64,000 nucleotides of DNA from a virus (IMGVR_UViG_3300028805_004760:96001-160000); one strand, 5' to 3'. Numbered from the stretch's first letter, positions 7,949 to 16,500 are shown. Notes: generated by a model from the sequence alone, not told the origin. Numbers and translations are program-made.

Positions 7949-8230
7949 AACAAAATTTCAAATATTTTTAAAAAAATAAAACAGGTCAACCTTAAATCCC
8001 TGTAATGTGGCGATAAGTTTTTTATCATAATCAAGGCTTATGACTGCACAAGCTATGAGGGCGCCATTTCAACTAAAACCTCGTCAAAGGCCATGTTTAA
8101 CGATACATGTATCGAATCCCGATTTTACCACCCTAAGCGGATTTTTCAGAGGCCTCAGGGAATCCTCTGTATTGGGGTGAACAGGAATTGAATTTAGTTC
8201 ACCAGTTTTGTCATTCAATTCCAAGAACTG

Positions 8231-8302
8231 AGCAGCGTACGAGGTTCGAACTCGCTCCTGAACATTGGCAATGTCCTATGCCACCATTAACACCTACACT
8301 GC
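8231..8302 (-). tRNA. tRNA-Gly(GCC)
   Basis: Loop TTGCCAA; U73. Confidence 0.9.
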
Positions 8303-8484
8303 ATTTGTGGTAAAACCCATACCATCTCGATGATAACTACCACAAGTATAAAATATCTGACAATATTAAATACTAAGTTTCTGACATATCTCCATCAATA
8401 TATAAGAGATTTATAAAGAAATAAAATAAATGTCAGTTTATAATAATTCTTTAATAAATATTATATACCTTCTGATAAGCATTG

Positions 8485-8558
8485 AGCGGATAATGGGACT
8501 CGAACCCACAACTTTCAGACTGGCAGACTGACACTCTAACCAATTGAGCTATACCCGC
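8485..8558 (-). tRNA. tRNA-Gly(GCC)
   Basis: Loop CTGCCAG; U73. Confidence 0.85.
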
Positions 8559-8559
8559 A

Positions 8560-8602
8560 TGGAGCAGGGAGGACTACGTGGCGTGCCTCACCACAACCCT
8601 GC
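8560..8602 (-). ncRNA. 43-nt mini-tRNA with Gly-type acceptor and UCCA end
   Basis: GCAGGG/CCCTGC-T-CCA plus one internal hairpin GTGGTG/CGCCAC. Confidence 0.5.
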
Positions 8603-8701
8603 ATATTAAAAATCAACATTCCAAACTAGAACAAGATAATATTCTCTAATGTTAATCCTCTTCGTTTAATTAACCTGGTATATCATCAAGAGAATATATT
8701 G

Positions 8702-8845
8702 TTGCGCGGGCCGGACTCGAACCGACATAAGATTGTGTTTCAGACAATTGTGTAAACCGTAATTTGAAGTAGCTCTCATCTACAGCATCCTATTAAAGAG
8801 CAACAGCGATAAAAGTTAATAAAAATAAAATTTCACCACCGCGCA
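8702..8845 (-). tRNA. tRNA (GAA by position, Gln-like U1-A72 body) with ~70-nt D-loop insertion of the Y-RNA-like module
   Basis: TGCGCGG/CCGCGCA acceptor; ATTGT-CTGAAAC-ACAAT; insert contains CTTTTATCGCTG and GATGAGAGCTACTTC. Confidence 0.65.
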
Positions 8846-8847
8846 AG

Positions 8848-8921
8848 TAACCCACATGGGATTCGAACCCATTACTCCAGCTTGAGAAACTGGTGACTTA
8901 AACCTATCTGTCCCGAGGGCC
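8848..8921 (-). tRNA. tRNA-Glu(CTC)
   Basis: CCAGT-TTCTCAA-GCTGG. Confidence 0.85.
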
Positions 8922-9023
8922 ATATATAAGGCAGTTATTCCTATATCTTCAAATCTTATGATTTGCTTGTCAGATGATCCGGATCTTTGTGAACTGTTAT
9001 CAACAAATAACCCCTTATATTTG

Positions 9024-9095
9024 AGCGGCTGATGGGAGTCGAACCCACGTCCCTGGATTGGAAGTCGAGTATAATAGCCGTTATACGACAGCCGC
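9024..9095 (-). tRNA. tRNA-Gly(TCC)
   Basis: Loop CTTCCAA; U73. Confidence 0.9.
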
Positions 9096-9100
9096 AAATT

Positions 9101-9245
9101 AAATTCATGTAACCAGCGATAAAAGTAATACATTAGAGTTGGATTCGAACCAACGACCTCCGAATTAAACATTCGGTGTTCTAGCCACTGAACTACCCTT
9201 TCAAATATTGGCGAAAGAAGTAACTCTTATCTTCAACAATGAATT
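9101..9245 (-). ncRNA. Y-RNA-like module enclosing a colinear tRNA-like domain
   Basis: GATAAGAGTTACTTC ... D-arm, CCGAA-TGTTTAA-TTCGG arm, T-arm ... ACTTTTATCGCTG. Confidence 0.6.
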
Positions 9246-9377
9246 ATAAAATTTTGCAATTTTAATTTGCAATATGGGTGGAGGTATCTTATCACCATCA
9301 GATATCAGATTATTTTTCTTTGAAATAAATATTATAGAGCTCATCTAATAATTATTTCGCAAGTGAACCTCCATGTG

Positions 9378-9450
9378 TAGGGATGGGTGGAATCGAACCA
9401 CCTTCTACGGCTTATGAGACCATCGTAATAAACCGTTATACGACATCCCC
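9378..9450 (-). tRNA. tRNA-Met/Ile2(CAT)
   Basis: ATGGT-CTCATAA-GCCGT. Confidence 0.85.
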
Positions 9451-9510
9451 ATTGGTCGGGCCCGAACTCCATCCTACCTCGAGTAGCATAGGGTGGCGAA
9501 CCCGTTATTG

Positions 9511-9584
9511 TTGGGCTACTGAGACTTGAACTCAGGACCTCTACATTATCAGTGTAGCGCTCTAACCAACTGAGCTATAGCCCA
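9511..9584 (-). tRNA. tRNA-Ile(GAT)
   Basis: CTACA-CTGATAA-TGTAG. Confidence 0.9.
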
Positions 9585-9717
9585 ATAAAAATATCTAATC
9601 TACACACTGCTCTCGACCGTCGTCTCACAGTTCCTTCTGATGTTCTACCGTCGTAGTAATGGATTTTCACCATTTATTTCAACATCTCCTCTTCCACTAT
9701 ACCTCAATTAGATATTG

Positions 9718-9792
9718 TTGGGGAACCGAGATTCGAACTCGGACCTTCTGCTTCAAAGGCAGATGTGCTCAACCATTACAACTCATTCCCCC
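9718..9792 (-). tRNA. tRNA-Gln(TTG)
   Basis: TCTGC-CTTTGAA-GCAGA. Confidence 0.85.
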
Positions 9793-9796
9793 AATA

Positions 9797-9926
9797 TAGC
9801 AAATATGTTATCCTATTACACTAATGACAGATTTTACACTTTCAGAACAATATTCTAGAACTATTGGACATCGGTCATATAGACCTCGATACTGCCATGC
9901 TGGGCTCGAACCAACATCTTTTACCT
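9797..9926 (-). ncRNA. Circularly permuted tRNA-like element
   Basis: Order is T-arm, acceptor 3' strand TGGCAG, ~55-nt linker, acceptor 5' strand CTGTCA, D-arm. Confidence 0.55.
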
Positions 9927-9932
9927 AAAGAT

Positions 9933-10011
9933 ATTCCCGTAACTATCGAATAAAGTATCTAAGTAAAACATTGACAGTGTTTGAAGTAACTCTATTCTTC
10001 AACAAGGAATT
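9933..10011 (-). ncRNA. Minimal Y-RNA-like module (no tRNA domain)
   Basis: GAATAGAGTTACTTC ... short hairpin ... ACTTTATTCG, closed by ATTCC/GGAAT. Confidence 0.55.
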
Positions 10012-10012
10012 G

Positions 10013-10086
10013 TAGGGAGGCCCAGATTCGAACTGGGATTGCGGACGTATCAGATCCGGAGCCTAAACCGTTTAGCAGATCTCCCC
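10013..10086 (-). tRNA. tRNA-Ile(GAT)
   Basis: CGGAT-CTGATAC-GTCCG. Confidence 0.85.
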
Positions 10087-10357
10087 ATATAAATTGAAAT
10101 TCTTGCAAGATTATATATAAAATTCATTCTGCTTACCATCTGGACTCACATTACTTACTAATTATATATAAAATTTCAATTTAAATTAAAATAAAGTTCT
10201 GTTCCATCTCGGACAATGTATTAATCCTAAAGCCTATGGGAGGTTTTTCTTTATGGCCAACTCGATCATTACCTCCAGCAAGTGTTATGTGATTTATTTC
10301 CGGATAACCCATAACTCTTATGCCAACTTTACCCATCTATCTGGGATATGAACTTTG

Positions 10358-10444
10358 TAGCTCTGATGGGAGTCGAACCCACACGGGCCTTCCGGCCCGA
10401 CAGATTTTAAGTCTGTTGCGTACTACCAATTTCGCCACAGAGCC
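10358..10444 (-). tRNA. tRNA-Leu(TAA)
   Basis: ACAGA-CTTAAAA-TCTGT. Confidence 0.9.
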
Positions 10445-10452
10445 ATAATATG

Positions 10453-10526
10453 TACGGGTAACGAGGTTCGAACCCGTATCTCCACCTTGAAAGGGTGACC
10501 ACCTAACCTATTAGTAAGATACCCGC
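10453..10526 (-). tRNA. tRNA-Glu(TTC)
   Basis: TCACC-CTTTCAA-GGTGG. Confidence 0.85.
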
Positions 10527-10543
10527 ATATTAATTTATTGTTG

Positions 10544-10618
10544 TAGGGGAGACCGGACTCGAACCGGCAACAAGCTACGCCCCAAACGTAGTGACTTAAC
10601 CTATTAGTCTACTCCCCT
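10544..10618 (-). tRNA. tRNA-Pro(TGG)
   Basis: CTACG-TTTGGGG-CGTAG. Confidence 0.85.
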
Positions 10619-10788
10619 AACTTAATCATCTTACATGAGCACCTTATTTCAGCAGCTCTCCGCATCTAACTTTCTCCCAGTATGACAACCAGTTACAGTT
10701 CCATCTCGTGCGTCTTCTGTGGACTATGTCAACTTACTACAAACCTTCACGAACCTCAGATGATTTTTACCTTTGCCAAGGTTGGTTG

Positions 10789-10862
10789 TCGGGATGACTG
10801 GACTCGAACCAGCGACCTCATGTTCCCAAAACACGAATACTAACCAACTGTACTACATCCCG
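10789..10862 (-). tRNA. tRNA-Pro(TGG)
   Basis: CGTGT-TTTGGGA-ACATG; C1-G72. Confidence 0.9.
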
Positions 10863-10996
10863 ATTTGTAATATTTCTATTTCCTCGTCTCACTATAGCAG
10901 CCCGCTGCAGACGTCCCTATAGATCTTACCGAGTCCTATCCTTTATGGGCAAACTTTGTAGCTACATTACCGGAGTTTGCATAGACAATATTACAA

Positions 10997-11077
10997 TGGT
11001 CGGGATGACGAGACTCGAACTCGCATAAACCACATTCCAAGTGTGGACGGTTAAACCAATTACCGGCATACATCCCG
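10997..11077 (-). tRNA. tRNA-Pro(TGG), CCA encoded
   Basis: CCACA-CTTGGAA-TGTGG; A37 instead of G37; irregular D-arm. Confidence 0.85.
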
Positions 11078-11191
11078 AATTTAGATATTTAAGTTATAAT
11101 TACGTCTTTATAACATTTCCATACGCTCCTGCTTTCCGGAAATTAGTATGGCGTAATTTACGGTTCGGACTTATACTATTAAATATCTGTG

Positions 11192-11267
11192 TACTCGGTA
11201 CGGGACTCGAACCCGTAATCTCGCACCTTGAAAGAGTGGTGTCTTAAGCCAATTCGACTAACCGAGC
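11192..11267 (-). tRNA. tRNA-Glu(TTC)
   Basis: Loop CTTTCAA. Confidence 0.85.
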
Positions 11268-11549
11268 GTTATAAAAATCTTTCCTAATCCTTGTACTTAA
11301 TATTTCCTCTACATTCCACGTAGGCGAGGTACTTCTTGGCGCCTTAAGTAACAAGATAACTCTAAGATATGAAAACATTAATCTATATTATGCGCAAATG
11401 TTTCTTAATGTTTTCAGAGTTTCATCATAAGATCATAATACTAATGTACTCACTTATAATGTTCTTAAGTAAAACTGAATACACGTCTGGGTTTTTTGTT
11501 TAATTCAGTACTTAATTAATATGTAAAAGTGCAAATAAACTTTTACATG

Positions 11550-11638
11550 TGGGAGCACGAGGAGTCGAACCTCGGCCTTCAGATTTTCAGTCTGACACGC
11601 GCTAACTTTTCAGTAATAACCGGCTACGCTATACTCCC
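11550..11638 (-). tRNA. tRNA-Phe(GAA) with enlarged D-loop
   Basis: TCAGA-CTGAAAA-TCTGA; about 15 extra nt in the D-loop. Confidence 0.8.
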
Positions 11639-11646
11639 AAATTTTG

Positions 11647-11719
11647 TGGAGCGGGGTGGACTCGAACCACCATCTACGGATTTTCAGTCCGCCGCATTGA
11701 CCATCTCTGCCACCGCTCC
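11647..11719 (-). tRNA. tRNA-Phe(GAA)
   Basis: GCGGA-CTGAAAA-TCCGT. Confidence 0.9.
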
Positions 11720-11729
11720 AAGTATTATG

Positions 11730-11804
11730 AGGGTAGAGCCGGATTCGAACCGGCGGCTTTACGGTTTTGCAGACCGTTCCCTTGGACCACTCGAGCATCT
11801 ACCC
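11730..11804 (-). tRNA. tRNA-Cys(GCA)
   Basis: ACGGT-CTGCAAA-ACCGT; U73. Confidence 0.9.
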
Positions 11805-11911
11805 AAATAATATTCAAATATTGCAATCATTCAACATTCTGCCACCCAGGCATATAACCCAAGGAAAGATTTAAACTTCTGACTTCTTATAAAGAATATA
11901 TTTGAATATTG

Positions 11912-11986
11912 ACGCCGTGACCGGACTCGAACCGGCATTCAACAGTTTTGCAGACTGAGGGCTAAATCCATTCACACCACACGGCA
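11912..11986 (-). tRNA. tRNA-Cys(GCA)
   Basis: Loop CTGCAAA; U73. Confidence 0.8.
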
Positions 11987-11991
11987 ATTTA

Positions 11992-12159
11992 AAATTTCAT
12001 AGAAAAAACGAATAAAGTATTGAACCTAATAGCCGCGTATACCAATTTCGCCACCTCGGCGCATTATTGGCCAAGGACGGGACTTGAACCCGCAATCCGT
12101 AATGGAAGCAATTTTCATTAATTTTAATTGAAGTAACTCTACTCTACACTAATGAAATT
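11992..12159 (-). ncRNA. YrlA-like Y RNA: long closing stem plus permuted tRNA-Leu-like domain
   Basis: GAGTAGAGTTACTTC ... variable arm, T-arm, CCTTGGC-loop-GCCGAGG, D-arm ... ACTTTATTCG. Confidence 0.65.
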
Positions 12160-12161
12160 CG

Positions 12162-12252
12162 CGGAGAAGGCCGGACTCGAACCGACACGCCGTGTAACCG
12201 ACTACTGGTAGTTTTCAAGACTACTGCCTTACGCAATTAGGCTTACATCTCC
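12162..12252 (-). tRNA. tRNA-Ser(TGA)
   Basis: GTAGT-CTTGAAA-ACTAC; long variable arm. Confidence 0.9.
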
Positions 12253-12384
12253 AATTTAAAAATGAGATTAATTCGAAGTTACCTTTTCGGCGTTAACATA
12301 TATCCGTTTAACAGGAATATATCATGACATAGGTACCCTCAGCCGATATCCTACCTTCAGGGGGAAATCTCTTAAAACCCAATG

Positions 12385-12469
12385 CGGAGGCGGTAGGATT
12401 CGAACCTACGGACCCTCTCGGGCCTCTGGTTTTCAAGACCAGTGCAATCGACCACTCTGCCACACCTCC
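12385..12469 (-). tRNA. tRNA-Ser(TGA)
   Basis: CTGGT-CTTGAAA-ACCAG. Confidence 0.92.
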
Positions 12470-12840
12470 AAATTAAAAACTTCCTACATCTGTCTTAGAG
12501 CAATTAACCAAACGCCTTTCGGATACGGTGCAGATTCTCACTGCTTTTCTCTTTCACAGTCCCCATCACGTTGCTTTACGTACCTATGACCTTAATCACG
12601 TGTTTGCCACTACAAGATCTTTCAACTGTCAATTCAGTATGCCCGTAGAAGGTTCAATATTAAAATTCCCTTCAGCCTCGGAAGTTATATATTTTTATAA
12701 ATCTCATAAACCCGTTACGATTGCTCTTGGTTCAGCGCTTTACGTATTCATTCTATTTCAATGCCCTTCTGAGAGTTTATGACTTACAACCTGGATCCCT
12801 CTGTACCTTAGAATCGTTGACCAATCCAGGTAATTTATTT

Positions 12841-12871
12841 TTTATTTTGTTGTACCAATATGTCAAAGAAC
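12841..12871 (-). promoter_or_regulatory. boxA-like element GTTCTTTGACATATTG
   Basis: Exact repeat of 1694-1724. Confidence 0.7.
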
Positions 12872-12894
12872 AATTAAACTTAATTAAAAGTTTG

Positions 12895-12966
12895 TAGCCC
12901 GTAGGGGAGTCGAACCCCTCTTTTGAGAATGAAAATCTCACGAACTAACCGATATTCGAACGGGCC
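12895..12966 (-). tRNA. tRNA-Glu(TTC)
   Basis: TGAGA-TTTTCAT-TCTCA. Confidence 0.9.
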
Positions 12967-12973
12967 ATCATTG

Positions 12974-13055
12974 TACCCCCACTGGGATTCGAACCCAGAC
13001 CCAATAAATTGGACAGATTTTAAGTCTGCTGCGTAGACCTTTCCGCCATGGGGGC
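12974..13055 (-). tRNA. tRNA-Leu(TAA)
   Basis: GCAGA-CTTAAAA-TCTGT. Confidence 0.9.
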
Positions 13056-13058
13056 GTC

Positions 13059-13148
13059 ATTTCAAAGAACAATTCAAATAATATTTAATGTTTAAATAAT
13101 ATTTGTTTTATATAATTATAATATAGTATCTTTTATTTTTATTTCAAA
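13059..13148 (-). promoter_or_regulatory. tRNA array A promoter plus boxA
   Basis: 70-nt identity to 2341-2410; TTGAAA..TATATT promoter followed by TTGTTCTTTGAAAT. Confidence 0.75.
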
Positions 13149-13166
13149 TTTCTAAGAAATTTTTTT

Positions 13167-13206
13167 AAAAAAATATCTCCAGAACTTTTTTCAAAATTCT
13201 GGAGAT
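13167..13206 (-). terminator. Intrinsic terminator (attenuator) of leader A
   Basis: Stem ATCTCCAGAA/TTCTGGAGAT followed by a U-tract. Confidence 0.85.
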
Positions 13207-13240
13207 TTATATATTGTTACCTTATTATAGTATTTCTATT

Positions 13241-13354
13241 TTATATTTCCGCATCTCCAGAACATGTTATGCTAAGTTGAAAGCCTAATTCACAAGGTTC
13301 ACCAAAAATTGATGATCCTAACATAGGGATAATATGTAAACTTTGCAACTTCAT
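13241..13354 (-). CDS. Putative attenuator leader peptide A (37 aa, MKLQSLHIIPMLGSSIFGEPCELGFQLSITCSGDAEI)
   Basis: ATG..TAA ORF overlapping antiterminator 13253-13262; composition matches array A tRNAs. Confidence 0.8.
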   Translation of the reverse strand: MKLQSLHIIPMLGSSIFGEPCELGFQLSITCSGDAEI

Positions 13355-13501
13355 ATATTCTTTCGATTTGTTTTTATTTATATAATAATATAATTTAATT
13401 TAGACTTTGGATAAAAAATATTCAAATATTTAAGAATTTTTTTAAATATAATATATCCGAAGTTATTTTTAAATATAGAAATTTAATAAAAATAATTAAA
13501 T

Positions 13502-16500
13502 ATGTTTAAGCCTTTACTTAGGACATTACCTTCTCTTTCAGGTAATTTTACGATAGGATGTAAATTAAATGAAATTCAAAAGGATACACGTGACGAATAT
13601 TCTACATATGTAAAAATGGCTAATTTAATGCCATTACAAAATACTTTATATAGTAATAATATTGAAATTAATTTATTGAATGGTAAATATGAACATGATA
13701 TAAAGAAATATTACTATAAATATTCAAATTATTTTTATAAAGAAAATTATCAATATAATACTAAAAATTTCAAAACATTAAATTTAGACGCTAAATTTAA
13801 TTTTATTAATGATGCAAGAAATAAAGATTATGAATTTGGATGTAAACGTATAAATTATTCTCAAAATGAATACGCTTATAGTTTTTATGCGCCTATTTAT
13901 ATTGATAATGTAAATGATTTACCAGAATATTTTTGTATTAATCTAAGTTTAGATACATATCATATCAAAACAATAAAAATTTATTTAAATAAAGAAAGTA
14001 AAATAAATTATTTGAAAAAATATTTAAGTCTTTATTTAAATAAAATTGATGATAGAGTTATATTTTGTTTACCAGATTCGTATCAAGCTACATATTTTGG
14101 AATTGATGTTAAACAAGGTGGTTTAACACAATATAAAGATAATGTTATAGGTAATATTTATAAAAGTCAGACAACTATTAATAATTTTGATAATATAATT
14201 TGTAAAGGATTTGAACGTAATAATTTAATTATGCGACAAATCATCCCATTAAGTTTCATGTTTAATATAAATGATTTATTGGATGATTATGAAAAAGAAT
14301 TCTTTAAAGGATATAAAGTCAATATTTCTGGATATTACTATTCAAATAATGACATTAAATATGATTTTTATGATTTTGATACTAACTATTGGTCATCATA
14401 TAATAAATATTTAAAATATATTGAACGTTTAGGCAAATATAAAATATCTTTTGGAACAAATGTAAATGGCAATATTAATGTTATGGATGTTGGATATCCT
14501 TCTTTAAATGAATCAAGATACATTAAGTATATTGATTCAAATAAAATAACACCTAAATATTGTAAGTTTAAAATGTTATTATCTGATGATAGTGATCCAT
14601 ATATTACAAACTTAAGTTTTGGTTATTCATATTTACAAAATCCAAATCAGAAATATGGATACTTCCCAACCATGTTTAAAGATATTCATGCAAATGCAGT
14701 TATTCTTAATAAAGATTTAAAGTTGCCTATTGGTAATAATATTGACACATATTATAAAACTTCAAAATATTTTGCAAATAATGTATATATTGATTCTACT
14801 AATTATGATAAATATTACAAGTTAATGTCAAATTATTCTGGAACATGGTTTAATGTATTAACAGATAATGAAGTAATTTTTAATGATAAAAATTTCGTAA
14901 ATGTAAAATATGATAATGCATATTTTAAAGGTATATTATATAATTTAAAAGAATTACATAATTTAAACATTGATAAATTTGGATTATTTTTATCATTTAA
15001 TTTTAATTATATAAATGAAGAAAAGTTAAATAGTGAAATCATAAAAGCTAAATATGTATTTTCAAAATCAGATAAATCAGATAATATGATTAATACTTAT
15101 GTAGATGATTATGATATGGGAGTACATTATTATGATTTAAGAAAAACTACAAATACACAAATTTCTACATATAGTTTAAATAATTATCATAAAAATTTAA
15201 TTCATCCATCAATATACGGAAAAAATTGTTATTTGCTTCATGACAAAATATTGAAAGAGAATATTAACGGAAAATATGTTCAGGAACAAAATTATTCAGA
15301 TGAAAATATATATTACAAATATAATGATATCTTAAGTCATATTGATTCTATTATAAGTAAAACTAATAAAGATTTAAAAGGTGTTGATTCTGATATAATT
15401 GAAAAAATTAAAGAAGACATATTATTAGAATTATCTGATAAAATTATTGTGGGTTATTTATTAATGGATGTTCACAATAACATTAATTTGTTTAACACAA
15501 TTAAATCATTAAATATATCTGAAAAAACATTAATACTTACTAATGAACTATTTTCTAGAAATGACCCAGAAAATTTAGATGAAAAATATAAATGGTTATA
15601 TGATAAACTATATTTCTGTTCATCTAATAATAATAAGAAAAGACTTTTAAATAAATATTATAATACAATTAGTTATGATGAAAATATAAATGGTAAAGTA
15701 TGCTTATTTATTAAAGAGTTATATGTTCATAAATATTATGTAATTGATATACTTATAACAATTATAAAAAAATATTTACATTATATATCTTATAATATAA
15801 TTAGTAAGTTTGAAATTGAATTTTCATCAGATAAAACATATTTATATGAATATTTTGGAAATATCAATGGAATAGAAATATATGATTATTTGATTGAATA
15901 TAAAAATAATGAATATTCAAATATATATGTAGACACTTATAACTTAAATAATTTGATTAAAAAATATAATGAGATAAATGAAGATAAAATTTATCTAACA
16001 ACAATAGAAAAGAAAAAATATAATTATTACATTAAACTATTAGATAAAGATCATATTAAAGAGTATTATTATAAGATTAACAATGACGAAAATAACATTA
16101 ATACATTAAGATTAATAAATATGTTAAAACAAATATATGTGAAAAAACGTCATTGGGTTATAAATTCAAATGTATTTGATATAAAAGATTCATATACTAA
16201 TCTTTTTGATTATTTATTAAATTATGAAAATTATACATATACATCAGATACTGAAGAATCATTAAAAGACACGATTAATAAATTTAAGAAAACTATCGAA
16301 ACAGAAACTGATGATAAAGTTGTTATTGAATGGTTATTGAATTCTTTATCTGATAATCGTAATGCAAATAATAATTTTGTATTAAATTTCTTTGGATTTG
16401 AAATTGAAATTGATTTATACATTAATAAAGATGTATATATGCTTGGTGATAATATATATAAGATTTTAATCAATTCTAATGGTGTAATTGATAATTATTT

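Noticed and set aside
8060-8095. Hammerhead-like TTGACGAG...GAAA on the minus strand
   Set aside because: The core deviates from CUGANGA, and stems II and III could not be formed convincingly.
1846-12782. ORF-track entries overlapping tRNAs (1846, 4403, 5281, 6878, 6985, 8816, 11041, 11529, 11610, 12528)
   Set aside because: They are translations of tRNA or ncRNA sequence (GLEP/GFEP-type peptides come from the T-arm), not genes.
1-13055. Suppressor (CTA/TCA/TTA) or selenocysteine tRNA
   Set aside because: Positional reading of every anticodon loop gave sense anticodons. The CTAAG loops are Leu(AAG), not CTA.
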